From: Octopus sinensis | Lineage: Eukaryota | Assembly (NCBI RefSeq): GCF_006345805.1 | Contig: NC_043001.1 | Span: 20,088,001-20,152,000, forward strand | Length of the DNA: 64,000 nt | Direction of reading: 5' to 3' | Part shown: positions 40,853 to 53,340 of the stretch, piece after piece | Layout of the letters: the number at the start of each line of letters is the position of its first letter | Position numbering within the stretch: the stretch's first letter is position 1 | Notes under the pieces: generated by a model | Databases searched by the model: none | Told to the model about the DNA's origin: nothing | Seen by the model: the letters and a program-made list of their open reading frames with translations, nothing else | Made by a program: the position numbers and the translations under genes

Positions 40853-41697
40853 AAGTAAAAGAGTAAAGAGTATATATATATATTTGTGTATATGAATCAT
40901 TCCCCTCCTCACATTGCTTTCCTCCCTGCATTTTCCCCACTGCAACTCTTCCCTCCTCCTGGGACCATGAAATTATATATCTCTCCTCATCCACCATGCA
41001 TGTCTATTTTTCTACCCAGTCACACCACCTCTTTTCTACCCTTGCTGATGGTGTCATTACTACCCTGCTGCTGACATCCCTCAAGCTTCCCCAACTCATG
41101 CAACCCTCTCCTCAACCCTTCCCACCATCTTTACAGATGTTGCCTACCCACCCCTTTCTCTCTCTCACTCCCCCTACCTCTTCCCCCCCTTACACTCATG
41201 CAAACTGCCTCCCACTACTAATCCTTCTACCTGAGGCACCACCTGAACACTTTATCACCACTATCTACCTCTTTGGAGATACCACTATTTCATTCTCACT
41301 CTCTCTCCTAAATATGAGAAGCCTTGTAGCTCCACTACAACAAGAACCTGCTCTGTCCTTACCTCTTAACCCTCAACTAACATAAGAAGGCAACAACCAT
41401 CCACCATTACTTGCAAGCTACATGGTGTTGGTGGTATGAAAAAAGCATCCAGTAGACACTGTAGAGTGGTTGGCATTAGGAAGGGCATCCATAGAAATAG
41501 TACCAAAGCAGACACTGGAGCATGGTGTGGTCCTTGGGCTCATTGGATCCTTGTCGAACTGTCCAACCCTTGCCAGTTTGGAATATGGACCTTAAATTAT
41601 GATGACGATGAATACAAAACATCTTACGTAAATGTAATTACAAAGGATGTCATAAAACAATTATTATTCTATTCGAAAAGGTATAAAGGTAACGTCA

Positions 41698-42082
41698 CTT
41701 TTACTTGTTTCAGTCCTTTGATTGTGGCCATGCTGGAGCACCGTCTTTAGTTGAGCAAATTGACTCCAGGACTTATTCTATCAGTCTCTTTTGCTGAACT
41801 GCTAAGTTACGGGAACGTAAACACACCAGCATCAGTTGTCAAGTGATGTTGGGGGGGGACGAACACAGACACACAAAGACACACACACACACATATATAT
41901 ATACATATTCATATATGTGACGGGCTTCTTTCAGTTTCTGGCTACCAAATTCACTCACAAGGCTTTGGTCGGCCCGAGGCTATAGTATAAGACACTTGCC
42001 CAAGGTGTCACGCGGTGGGACTGAACCCAGAACCATGTGGTTGGTAAGCAAGCTACTTACCACACAGCCACTCTTGCGCCTA
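41698..42082 (-). mobile_element. SINE family B
   Basis: Reverse complement of 31205-31584. Confidence 0.9.
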
Positions 42083-42650
42083 TAGATTGAATGTGTGATC
42101 CAGTTTCAAGCTGGTGTTAATGCATGTACACAGCATTCATTGTTGTTATTTAGCCTAAGTTCAACTCTAATCACACAGCTCTATGATGAAAGACATTCCA
42201 GCCATAACCATCCTTTCTTTTATTGAAGCAACGTATTTACTGATTGTAAAGTCAGAGGCGAGAGAAATTTGGCTGCTATTTCTAGTCAATCAGGCAACCA
42301 TGTTGAGGTTCCCTTGTTGGCTCATACACAACTGCTTTTGTACTTAGGAGAGACAACATTGCCAACTTTTCTCCTAGTACTGCAGTCAGTACTAATGCCC
42401 AGTTCAAGCAGAAAAGTAAATAAATAAATGTAGGTGACTACAAATATACTGCAATAATAACAATGTGTCTGTCACTTCAGTGTTTACCAATGCATGTGGG
42501 GGGGGGGGAATTAAGCATCGAAGCTGAATGCTGTTGATAGCCTTAGGACAGTCACCTCACTGAGTCACCCTATGATTAAAGGCACTAGCTGTTACCATCC
42601 CATCTTTCTGGATATCTAGCAATAATTTAGCTCAATGTCCTTCCTATTTT

Positions 42651-42975
42651 ATAATAATAATAATAATGAAATTATTGTATACAGTGCTCAGGTGCACCAC
42701 AACTTGTCAAAAAGTGCATATAAAGCATATGCAGTAATGTAAAAATGTCTGGGAAGCGAACAATGTATGAGTCAGATACATGCCTGTGTGTGTATGGAGG
42801 GGAGAAAATCAGGTGTAGTGTTGGCGAATCTCAGAAAGCATGGAAGTTTTGAAGGATGCAGTGTTCCGACAACTAACAACTGATGCCGGCAGTTTGTTCC
42901 ATGCTTCAGCAACTCTCAGCGTGAAAAAATGTTTCCTGAAGTCATGGGAGCTGTGCTGTTTTCTGACTTTATAAA
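42651..42975 (-). mobile_element. CR1 3' end with 3'UTR and (ATT)n tail
   Basis: Overlaps the reverse complement of 40715-40850. Further copies at ~56560-56840 and ~36103-36230 (-), and a fragment at ~51622-51680 (+). Confidence 0.85.
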
Positions 42976-43135
42976 ATATCTGCGTTGGGTGTAAGAGATG
43001 AACTCTATAACTGGTTGAAGTCCTTTATTTTCAACCAAAAAGAGGTTGTCACAGTTCTAGGACAGCACTCTTCGCCCTATGAGATGACATCTGGTATAGA
43101 GGTATTTTAAGGCACCAGGTTTCAGTTTGAGGAGT

Positions 43136-43552
43136 TTTACTCTTTACTCTTTACTCTTTTACTTGTTTCAGTCATTTGACTGCAGCCATGCTGGAGCACC
43201 ACCTTTAGTCGAGCAAATCGACCCCAGGACTTATTCTTTGTAAGCCCACTACTTATTCTATCGGTCTCTTTTGCCGAACCGCTAAGTGACGGGGACGTAA
43301 ACACACCAGCATCGGTTGTCAAGCAATGCTAGGGGGACAAACACAGACACACATACACACACATACATATATATATATATACATATATACGACGGGCTTC
43401 TTTCAGTTTCCGTCTACCAAATCCACTCACAAGGCTTTGGTTGGCCCGAGGCTATAGTAGAAGACACTTGCCCAAGGTACCACGCAGTGGGACTGAACCC
43501 GGAATCATGTGGTTGGTAAGCAAGCTACTTACCACACAGCCACTCCTGCGCC
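43136..43552 (-). mobile_element. SINE family B
   Basis: Full length with a (TACTCTT)n tail. Confidence 0.9.
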
Positions 43553-44142
43553 AGTTTTGACTGTTATTTTAAGTAGGCTGAGTGACTATAAACAGGCTTC
43601 CTCTCATTGGCTTAATTTATGAGTAATTAGACTAATAGGTGACTGATTCAGACAATTAATGTAACAGTCTACACTAAGTGTAAGTGAATAACGGAGAAAA
43701 AAAATGTTTTATTAGAGCAGAATCACTAAAGTATCTATTTATATTACAGGCAAAAAAAAAAAGAAAAATCTATTCATAACTTGGTCTTAATTTAGCAATT
43801 AAAATAAATCTCATTTTGGTGGTAACATTATTAAATATTATTGCTTTTCCAAAAGTTACATTTACCATTTATTTATATAAGGAAAGGTTATTTAAATACA
43901 AATTACGAAAAATATAACTGAAATTGATGATAAAGGAAATGTATATTCCAGGTATAGTTTTTCTAGGACTATATTATCCAGTGTGCCCTTGCCATTTTTT
44001 AAAGGTGTTCAGGTAAGATATAATGGAGATTATGCAGGTGTGATATAAGGGAAATTATGCTGCTATTTCTAGCAGGTCAAGAAACTTATTCATTGGCTTG
44101 GATATTAACCCTTTTGATACCAACCTGCCTGAGATTGTTTCT

Positions 44143-45107
44143 TATTTCTTTATTGCTCACAAGGAACTAAACAAAGAGGGGACAAACAAGGACAGACAAA
44201 TGGATTAAGTCAATTACGTCGACCCCAGTGCATAACTGATACTTAATTTATCGACCCTGAAAGGATGAAAGGCAAAGTCGACCTCGGCGGAATTTGAACT
44301 CAGAACGTAGCAGCAGATGAAATACCTATTTCTTTACTACCCACAAGGGGCTAAACACAGAGAGGACAAACAAGGACAGACAAATGGATTAAGTTGACTA
44401 TGTCGACCTCGGTGAGTAACTGGTACTTATTTGATCGACCCCGAAAGGATGAAAGGCAAAGTCGACCTCGGCGGAATTTGAACTCAGAACGTAACGGCAG
44501 ACAAAATACCTATTTCTTTACTACCCACAAGGGGCTAAACACAGAGAGGACAAACAAGGACAGACAAATGGATTAAGTAGACTATGTCAACCCCAGTGCG
44601 TAACTGGTACTTATTTAATCGACCCAGAAAGGATGAAAGGCAAAGTCGACCTCGGCGGAATTTGAACTCAGAACATAGCAGCAGACAAAATACCTATTTC
44701 TTTACTACCCACAAGGGGCTAAACACAGAAGGGACAAACAAGGAGAGACAAATGGATTAAGTCGATTATATCAACCCCAGTGCATAACTGGTACTTAATT
44801 TATCGACCCTGAAAGGATGAAAGGCAAAGTCGGCCTCAGCAGAATTGAACTCAGAACGTAACACCATACAAAATACCTATTTCTTTACTACCCACAAGGG
44901 GCTAATCACAGAGAGGACAAACAAGGGCAGACAAACGGATTAAGTCGATTATATCGACCCAGTGTGTAGCTGGTACTTAATTTATCGACCCCGAAAGGAT
45001 GACAGGCAAAGTCTACCTCAGCGGAATTTGAACTCAGAATGTAATGACAGACAAAATACCACTAAGCATTTCACCCGACGTGCTAACGTTTCTGCCAGCT
45101 CACCATC
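44143..45107 (-). repeat. Tandem pentamer of SINE family A (one head + five 183-184-bp units)
   Basis: Units start at 44143, 44327, 44511, 44695 and 44878. The head 45061-45107 is present only once. Confidence 0.95.
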
Positions 45108-45602
45108 TGAGAGTGTTTCTATGATACAAGCCTCATATTTAAAGTTATCTAAATTAAAACTTTACTTGAAAATTTCATATCAATTTATGTTTCAGCACCA
45201 GTCTGATAATTCTTTTAATTATAGGCACAAGGCCTGAAAGTTTGGGGAAGAGAGAAGGTCAATTTGTTTGAACCCAATACTTAACTGATGCTTATTTTAT
45301 TGATCCTGAAAGAGTGAAAGGCAAAGTCAACCTCAGCATAATTTGAATTTAGAATATAAACTGGAAGAAAATCTGCCAAGCATTTTGTTTGGTATGCTAA
45401 TGATCCTGCCAGCTCACTGCCTTAAATACCTGCTTAATAATGGTTTTAAATTTTGGCACAGGCTCAGCAATTTTGGGGGAAGAATAAAATCGATACAGGC
45501 AAAGTTAGTCTCAGCAGAATTTGAACTTGCAGAACAGACTTTGAGAGGATTATAGGGAACATTACCTCTTCCCTTTTCTTGAGACATATATATATATATA
45601 TA

Positions 45603-45834
45603 CCGGAGTAAACACATAAATGTGAAACAAGGTGGTAAAAAGAGTACTCAAATACCAGTGGTAGAGTAATATGCTTTATTTAAAGCAGCAGAAAATTCAA
45701 CAAAACCTGTTACTCTGAGTTTCCCGTTGCCGTTCATCGGACAGTTTTTCTAGCAAAAGCTGTCCGATGAACGGCAACGGGAAACTCAGAGTAACAGGTT
45801 TTGTTGAATTTTCTGCTGCTTTAACTAAAGTATA
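45603..45834 (-). mobile_element. Penelope-like non-autonomous fold-back element (inverted pLTR pair) in a (TA)n tract
   Basis: Perfect 65-bp inverted repeat (45680-45744 / 45760-45824) with a 15-nt spacer. Each arm contains a minimal hammerhead motif. A ~75-nt extra tail with AATAAA is present on one side only. (TA)n on both flanks. Confidence 0.8.
45760..45797 (+). ncRNA. Minimal type I hammerhead ribozyme motif (mirror copy on the - strand at 45707-45744)
   Basis: CTGT (stem I) - CCGATGA (core, U4C variant) - aCG GCAA CGg (stem II, GNRA loop) - GAA - ACTC a GAGT (palindromic stem III) - A cleavage site (GUA, after 45793) - ACAG (stem I'). Confidence 0.75.
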
Positions 45835-46090
45835 TATATATATATATATCAAAAGGATAGGATTTTCAACAATTAGCCAAAATAATGTCAGTAACAAACA
45901 GTTACTATTTCATCACAAATTAGTCACCTCTAGGCAAGTGTCTCATGTCTTTGGTCATGAGACAAAACTCTCAGCTGTTCAGCTTACTTTGCAGTATCAG
46001 CTGACAAGGATGCTGGACCTGCTAAAAATAGCAGCTAAATCTCCTTCAAATGGCACCCTACTGTTTTAAAAATGGAGTGATATGTTAGAC

Positions 46091-46748
46091 AAGCAGTTCT
46101 CAAGCAGTTCTCAACAACTTTTTATCTATGGACCCCTTTGATTGCTATTTTATTCTAGTGGATCCCCATAGCCATTTGATGTTTAAAAACTAGTTTTGTA
46201 GATACTTCTTTCAAAATTCCTATTTTATTTTTCACACATTCACTTGTTTAGGGTGAATTGTGTAAAATGCTAAAGAAACCTAACTGTTTCTTGCAATAAA
46301 TACATCATCATCATCATCATCATCATCGTTTAACATCCGTTTTCCATGCTAGCATGGGTTGGACGGTTTGACCGGAGTCTGGGAAGCTAGGAGGCTGCAC
46401 CAGGCTCCAGTCTGATCTGGCAGTGTTTCTACAGCTGGATGCTCTTCCTAACGCCAACCACTCCATGAGTACAGTGGGTGCTTTTTATGTGCCACTGGCA
46501 CAGGGGCCAGGAGAGGCTGGCAAACGGCCATGATCGGTTGGTGCTTTTACGTGTCACCGACACAGACGCCAGTCAGGCGGCGCTGGCATCTGCCACGTTT
46601 GGGCGGTGCTTTTTACATGTCACCGGCATGGTCACGGACCCTTAAAATATTGCTGTGGATTCCCAATTTACTATTTTGCTAGTGTGGACTCCCCAAGGAT
46701 CTTATATGGACTCCTGAGGGTCATATGGACCCCATTTGGGAACCGCTG
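46091..46748. mobile_element. hAT-type MITE interrupted by an RTE 3' insertion (46303-46632)
   Basis: Ends AAGCAGTTCTCAA / rc CAGCGGTTCCCAA. Flanks TGTTAGAC / CATTAGAC (6/8). Confidence 0.65.
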
Positions 46749-47356
46749 CATTAGACAAAGTGGTCCCTGATACTGTAAAAGACACCATGATAATAGCTGA
46801 AAAATACCATCTTTGATTATAGGTCTGCACAGAGCTGACTTGTTGGGGTGAAACAATAACCCTGCACTAAGTAAATACCATATGGTGCTATAGTTTACCA
46901 TAGTAGGCAGCAGTGTAACCAAGAGACTTGTATTGTTAAGTTTCAGTCCTCATATGACCATGGCATAGTTCTTGAGGAAAGAGAGATTAGGATGAATGCT
47001 ATAGAGGTCAGTGAAATAAAGTCTGTGTCATTGACCTTGTATATCTCAATGTATTTAATGTATAGGCACGATCATGTTGATGATAGAAAAAAATCATGAC
47101 CTGCAAGTGAAGATTAAAGCTAATGAATTTTATCACTGGATCAGTAGAAGAAGGATGACATGAGTGGCTCTTTTCAGAGTACTTGAGACTTGTGAAAAGA
47201 AGTTATCCTTAGATCAGAGACCTAACCTCAATTTATCTGAGTGGGCTCAGGTACATAAGACAATTTGATTCGATTTCAATTTTACTTGCCACAACAGGTC
47301 TTTGCAAGCAGAGTTTTGTGTCCAAAGAAGGAAAGGTATGCATAAGTGGGCTGGCT

Positions 47357-47744
47357 TTAATGGAAGCACTCCGTCGGTTACGACGACGAGGGTTCCGGTT
47401 GATCCGATCAACGGAACAGCCTGCTCGTGAAATTAACGTGTAAGTGGCTGAGCACTCCACAGACACGTGTACCCTTAACGTAGTTCTCGGGGATATTCAG
47501 CGTGACACAGAGAGTGACAAGGCCGGCCCTTTGAAATACAGGTACAACAGAAACAGGAAGTAAGAGTGAGAGAAAGTTGTGGTGAAAGAGTACAGCAGGG
47601 ATCACCACCATCCCCTGCCGGAGCCTCGTGGAGCTTTTAGGTGTTTTTGCTCAATAAACACTCACAACGCCCGGTCTGGGAATCGAAACTGCGATCCTAC
47701 GACCGCGAGTCCGCTGCCCTAACCACTGGGCCATTGCGCCTCCA
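47357..47744 (-). mobile_element. SINE family D, tail class 2, nested in an RTE fragment
   Basis: 10-bp TSD TGGGCTGGCT (47347-56 / 47745-54). Distinct tail ending ...ACCGACGGAGTGCTTCCAT. Confidence 0.9.
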
Positions 47745-48046
47745 TGGGCTGGCTACACCCCTGGTAAAGGCCACGGGTTATGGTCTCACTTGTCTTGCCG
47801 GGTCTTCTCATGCACAGCATATTTCCAAAGGCCTCGGTCACTAGTCATTGCCTCGGTGAGGCCTAATGTTCGAAGGTTGTGCTTCACCACCTCATCCCAG
47901 GTCTTCCATATATATATATATATATACATATATATACACACATATATATATATATAAATGTATCTATATAATGTATATGCATACAAGTATATGCTTTTGT
48001 TAAGTAGAAACATTTGTGTAAGGGAGTTAAAATGTATAGAATAGTT

Positions 48047-48241
48047 ATAGGCACAAGCATTGCTGTGTGGTAAGAAGCTTGCTTCCCAACCACATGGTTC
48101 TGGGTTCAATCCAACTGCATGGCACCTTGGACAAGTGTCTTCTACTATAGCCTTGGGCCGACCATAGCCTTGTGTGTGGATTTGGTAGATGGAAACTGAA
48201 AAAAAGCCCATTGTATGTGCGTGCATGTGTGTGTGTGTGTG

Positions 48242-48276
<35 letters not shown>

Positions 48277-48495
48277 ATGTGTGTGTGTGTGACTGTTCCC
48301 CATTACCACCTGACAACCAGTTTTGGTATGTTTAGCTCCCCATAACTTAGTGGTTTGGCAAAAGAGAACGATAGAATAAGTACCAGGCTTTACAAAAAAA
48401 TTCAAAGTACTGTGGTCAATTCATTTGATTGAAATTCTTCAAAGTGGTGCCCCAGTATGGCCACAGTCTAATGACTGAAACAAGTAAAAGATAAA
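48047..48495 (+). mobile_element. SINE family B (diverged, expanded (TG)n)
   Basis: Head, CORE-like block and tail are recognisable. Confidence 0.85.
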
Positions 48496-48616
48496 AAATA
48501 ATACAGATTACTATTTTATCCCAGGTTCTACCTTGTTGAACAGACCAATGGTAAAAGATATTCCAGCCATGAACATTCTGACTCTTTTAATAACATGTGA
48601 AACTATATTATATAAT

Positions 48617-48783
48617 TACATTCTGAGTTCAAATTCCGCTGAGGTCAACTTTGCCTTTCATCCTTTCAGGGTCAATAAATAAAGTACCAGTTTCGCATTG
48701 GGGTCGATGTAATCGACTTAATCCGTTTGTCTGTCCTTGTTTGTCCCCTCTATGTTTAGCCCCTTGTGGGCAGTAAAGAAATA
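48617..48783 (+). mobile_element. 5'-truncated SINE family A
   Basis: 13-bp TSD TATATTATATAAT (48604-16 / 48784-96). Confidence 0.85.
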
Positions 48784-49274
48784 TATATTATATAATGTCT
48801 TTTTCTTATTTAAAACAGAAAGGGTATGATTTGAAGGAGATTTGGCCTCTATTTCTAGTAGAATAACTGACCATATTGAGGATTCCTCATTAACTTGTAG
48901 ATTACAGATAGTGTGATATTGAACAGCAGATGCCGTATGTCAGGTGTAGAAGTTTGCAAATAATAGATGTTTGAAAATAATTGGCACCACGAGAAAGCTA
49001 ATCAATGTTGTATGATGCCTTATGAAAGTTTGGTAAATTTAATTGCCATGATGTTAGAAGAAACTCTTCGAATGAGAGAGGGGAAGAGAGAGAAAATAGT
49101 GACGCTGCTTTGGTTGTGACCAGGTGAAAAAGAAGAAATCTGTCCACAGCCGAAATGACAATGCCACTGCTTTTCTTTTCCTCATTCAAAGATGACAAGT
49201 GAATATAGCATTAGAGACAGTATTCCTCACAGCAATTAAACTCTTCTGGAAACTCTGCTATGGACTAATTGTTG

Positions 49275-49309
<35 letters not shown>

Positions 49310-49480
49310 CATCACTAGTTACTTCAGATTCTGGAGGGCATTCCATATGACAATATAGAATTAGAAATTTAAGAGACATTTCATGAAACAGCTTTTCAGC
49401 ACTTCCTCTATGAGTGTCCTTTAAAATATAAAAATTCTACATTAAAGCAGAAGAAACTGAAAAGAAGTTTGTTATATATA

Positions 49481-49882
49481 TAGGCGCAAGAGTGGCTGTG
49501 TGGTAAGTAGCTTGCTTAACAACCACATGGTTCCGGGTTAAGTCCCACTGCGTGGTATCTTGGGCAAGTGTCTTCTACTATAGCCTCGGGCCAACCAAAG
49601 CCTTGTGAGTGGATTTGGTAGACGGAAACTGAAAGAAGCCCGTCGTATATATGTATGTATATATATATGTGTGTGTGTATGTTTGTGTGTCTGTGTTTGT
49701 CCCCCTAGCATTGCTTGACAACCGATGCTGGTGTATTTACATCCCCGTCACTTAGCGGTTCGGCAAAAGAGACCGATAGAATAAGTATCGGGCTTACAAA
49801 GAATAAGTCCTGGGGTCGATTTGCTCAACTAAAGGCGGTGCTCCAGCATGGCCGCAGTCAAATGACTGAAACAAGTAAAAGA
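49481..49882 (+). mobile_element. SINE family B
   Basis: Full length. Confidence 0.9.
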
Positions 49883-49977
49883 ATATATATATATATATAT
49901 TATATATATACATACATATACATACATACATATACATACATACATATATATATATATATATGTATGTATATGTATAT

Positions 49978-51056
49978 ATCATCATCATCATTTAACATCC
50001 GCTTTCCATGCTGGCATGGGTTGGATGGTTTGACTGGGGAATGGTGAGCCAGAAGGCTGCACCAGGCTCAATCTGATCTGGTAAAGTTTCTGCAGCTGGA
50101 TGCCTTTCCTAACACCAACCACTCCAAGAGTGTAGTGGGTGCTTTTATGTGCCACTGGCATGAGGGTCAGTCAGGTGGTTCTGGCAATGACTACACTCAA
50201 AAGGTGTTTTTTACATGGTACCTGCACGGGAGCCAGTCCAATGGCACTAGCAATGACCAAACTTGAATTTTGTTTTTCACGTGTCACTGGCACATGTGCT
50301 GGTATGGCGATGCTGGCAACGATCATGCTTGAATTGTGCCTTTTACGTGCCACCGGCATGGGAGCCAGTCTGTGGCCCCAGCAACAATCATGCTTGGATG
50401 TGCTTTTAATGTTCCACTGGCACTCGTGCCAATCAGGCGGCACTATCATCAGCCAAGTCAGTGATTTTGATTTCACTTGCCTCAACAGGTCTTCACAAGC
50501 AAAGTTTATTGTCCAATGAATGAGGGGTACTTATAAGTGGGCTAGTTACACCCACTGGCATAGGCCACAGGTTATGGTCTCACTTGGCTTGTTGGATCTC
50601 CTCAAGCACAGCATATCTCCAAAGGTCTTGGTCACTTGTCATTTGCCTTGGTGAGGCCCAATGTTTGAAGGTCACGCTTCACCACCACAACCCAGGTCTT
50701 CCTGGGTCTACCTCTTCCACAGGTTCCCTCAACTGTTAGGGTGTAACACTTTTTCACACAGCTGTCCTCATTTATTTGCAACACACAACCATACCAGTGC
50801 AGTTGTCCCTCTTGCACACCACATCTGATGCGTCTCAAATTCAACTTTTCTCTCAGGGTGCTTACACTCTGTCATGTATGCACACTGACATTACACATTC
50901 AGCGGAACATACTGGCTTCATTCCTTGTAAGCTTACACATATCCTCAGCAGTCATGGCCCATATTTCACTGCCATGTCGCACGGCTGTTCATACACATGC
51001 GTCATACAGTCTACCTTTTACTCTGAGCGAGAGGTCCTTTATCACCAACAGAGGTA
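49978..51056 (-). mobile_element. 5'-truncated RTE LINE (same family as 6204-7937)
   Basis: LHWYGCVL and GRGRPRKTW motifs. 3'UTR colinear with 6204-6800. Confidence 0.9.
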
Positions 51057-51206
51057 GGTGTGTGTGTGTGTGTGTATGTACATATCATCATCGTTTAGCG
51101 TCCGCTTTCCATGCTAGCATGGGTTGGACGGTTCTACTGGGGTCTGTGAAGCCAGAAGGCTTCATCAGGCCCAGTCAAATCTGGCAGTGTTTCTACGGCT
51201 GGATGC

Positions 51207-51247
<41 letters not shown>

Positions 51248-52797
51248 TACACATACATATGTATAAATGTATCTATATAATGTATATGCATACAAGTGTA
51301 TGCTTTTGTGTGTAATATTGTCTTGACATCATGTGATGGTTGTAAATGAGCACCACTGTCATACAAGTGAGGTTGTTTGTTTCCAGTCTCTTGTTAAAAA
51401 AATATGTCTAGCTATGGAAAACTACCACCCTGCTTGGAAACAGGTGAGAGTTGGTGATAAGGAAGGGCATCCAGCCATTGAGAGATCTGCCTTGATAAAT
51501 TCCATATAACCAATGCAAGCATGGAAATGTTGACATTAAATGATGATGAAGTAATTAAGAGTCAATGTAATTATTTCTATTTAGTGCTAGATTCAGTTTT
51601 GATCAAGAAGATATATATCAAAGGTGCAACCAAGCGAATACCCTCCATCAGGCATCTGCCATACTCTGAACACCTTTGATATTTTATTACCGAAAGAATG
51701 CCGGTTCACACATACAAACATTCACATACTTCCCTTGTACATGCAGACACATACATATACTCACACAGAGTTGAAACGCTGTTTGATTTTTCTTTTCAGT
51801 ATTAAATGTTCACCATTTCACTTCCCTTGTACACACACATTCACATACCTCCCTTTTACAACCATACACAGAGTTGAAACGCTGTTTGATTTTTTTTTTA
51901 CTGTAGAATTTCCATCATCCCACTACCAAGTTTGCCATCACCCCTTCCTTTCTCATTCATATGTTGTGACAGAGAAAAACACAAGAGTATTATCATTATT
52001 AAGGTAAAGGCAGAAAGTTGGCAGAATCATTAGTGCACTGGACAAAATGTTTAGTGGCATTTCTTCCATTTCTTTATATTCAAGTTCAAATGTTAATATC
52101 AGCTTGCCTTTCAACCTTTGGAGGGTTGGTAAAATGAAGGACTGGTCCAGTACATTGGTTGATGTAATCGACCCCTTCCCTTAAAATTGCTGGCCTTGTG
52201 CCTGTAGTAGAAAATTATTATTTTGATAGGGTGTGGTCTGAAAGAATTTGGTTACTATTTCTAGCAAAGTAAGGTCTTTGAGCTTACGTGAGTATTTGTA
52301 GAGCCGTAACCCAGTTCTTGCTATCAAATCTAACAGGAATTTATTCAAGAAACCCTAAGGCTGGGCATAATTATACAGTACCTCACAAGTTAAATTAGAT
52401 ATGACACTTTACAATGTGAAATGCAGCTAGACAATTTAATACAGATACAATAGCACACTTTGTGACCCAGTTTAACGAGTTACTAATGAAACGATACCTT
52501 ACAGCGTAGTACAACTAAACATGACGTTGTGGTTATTGTTGTAGCTTAGTCCAGGTGATACAAATAAATAAACAAAGTCATTCGTTCATATGACTTTATG
52601 TATCATCTTTCAATGTGACCTCATGCCTCTTGCTTTTTTTTTTTTTCTATGTAACCTCATATAAAGACATGCTTCATTGACCTTGTTTCACTGATCGTTT
52701 GCCTTTATACTGTAGTAGCAAATTTATGTTAACAAATGCTACTATTCCAGTGCTTTTCTCTGTATTTTGACAATTACTGCTCAGTACAATACAATTA

Positions 52798-53093
52798 GTG
52801 GAGGTGCAATGGCCCAGTGGTTAGGGCAGCGGACTCGTGGTCGGTGGATCGTGGTTTCGATTCCCAGACCGGGCGTTGTGTGTGTTTATTGAGCGAAAAC
52901 ACCTAAAGCTCCACGAGGCTCTGGCAAGGGGTGGTAGCGACCCCTCTTGTACTCTTTCTTCCTGTTTCTTGAGTAACGCTGTGATGGACTGGCATCCCGT
53001 CCAGCTGGTGGGAACACATACGCCACAGAAACCGGGAAACCGGGCCCATGAGCCTAGCTAGGCTTGAAAAGGGCGCATAAATAAAATAAAAAA
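52798..53093 (+). mobile_element. SINE family D, tail class 1 variant
   Basis: Same head. Tail GATGGACTGGCATCCCGTCCAG...GAAACCGGGAAACCGGGCC and an A-rich end. Confidence 0.88.
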
Positions 53094-53340
53094 CAATACA
53101 ATTATATTAACAAATTCACTGCCATACATTAACAATTTTAATTCTAGTAATTGGTGTTGGGATACAATTTTAAATCTTTGCATATGGATATTTCAGCAAA
53201 AGGCTACTGTGGACTATTTTAAGCATTTCAAATGTTTTATGACTCAGAATCAGGCACAACAGAAGTAGCTAAGCAAGTTACATTTATTTGGCAGTAAAGA
53301 AATTTATTCCTTTGCCAAGCTCAAGGCATTTCCAGTTACT

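Noticed and set aside
40886-41385. Proline/leucine-rich ORFs as a gene
   Set aside because: C/T-rich low-complexity sequence with no domain motif or convincing splice structure.
44143-45107. CRISPR-like or hammerhead retrozyme array
   Set aside because: Units are whole SINE bodies with no unique spacers, and I found no CTGANGA/GAAA hammerhead core on either strand of the unit.
47786-48405. Long ORFs (up to 176 aa) with HTHTH/IYIYI runs; similar ORFs at 9619, 49715 and 61250
   Set aside because: They are translations of (CA)n/(TA)n microsatellites inside SINEs and LINE fragments.
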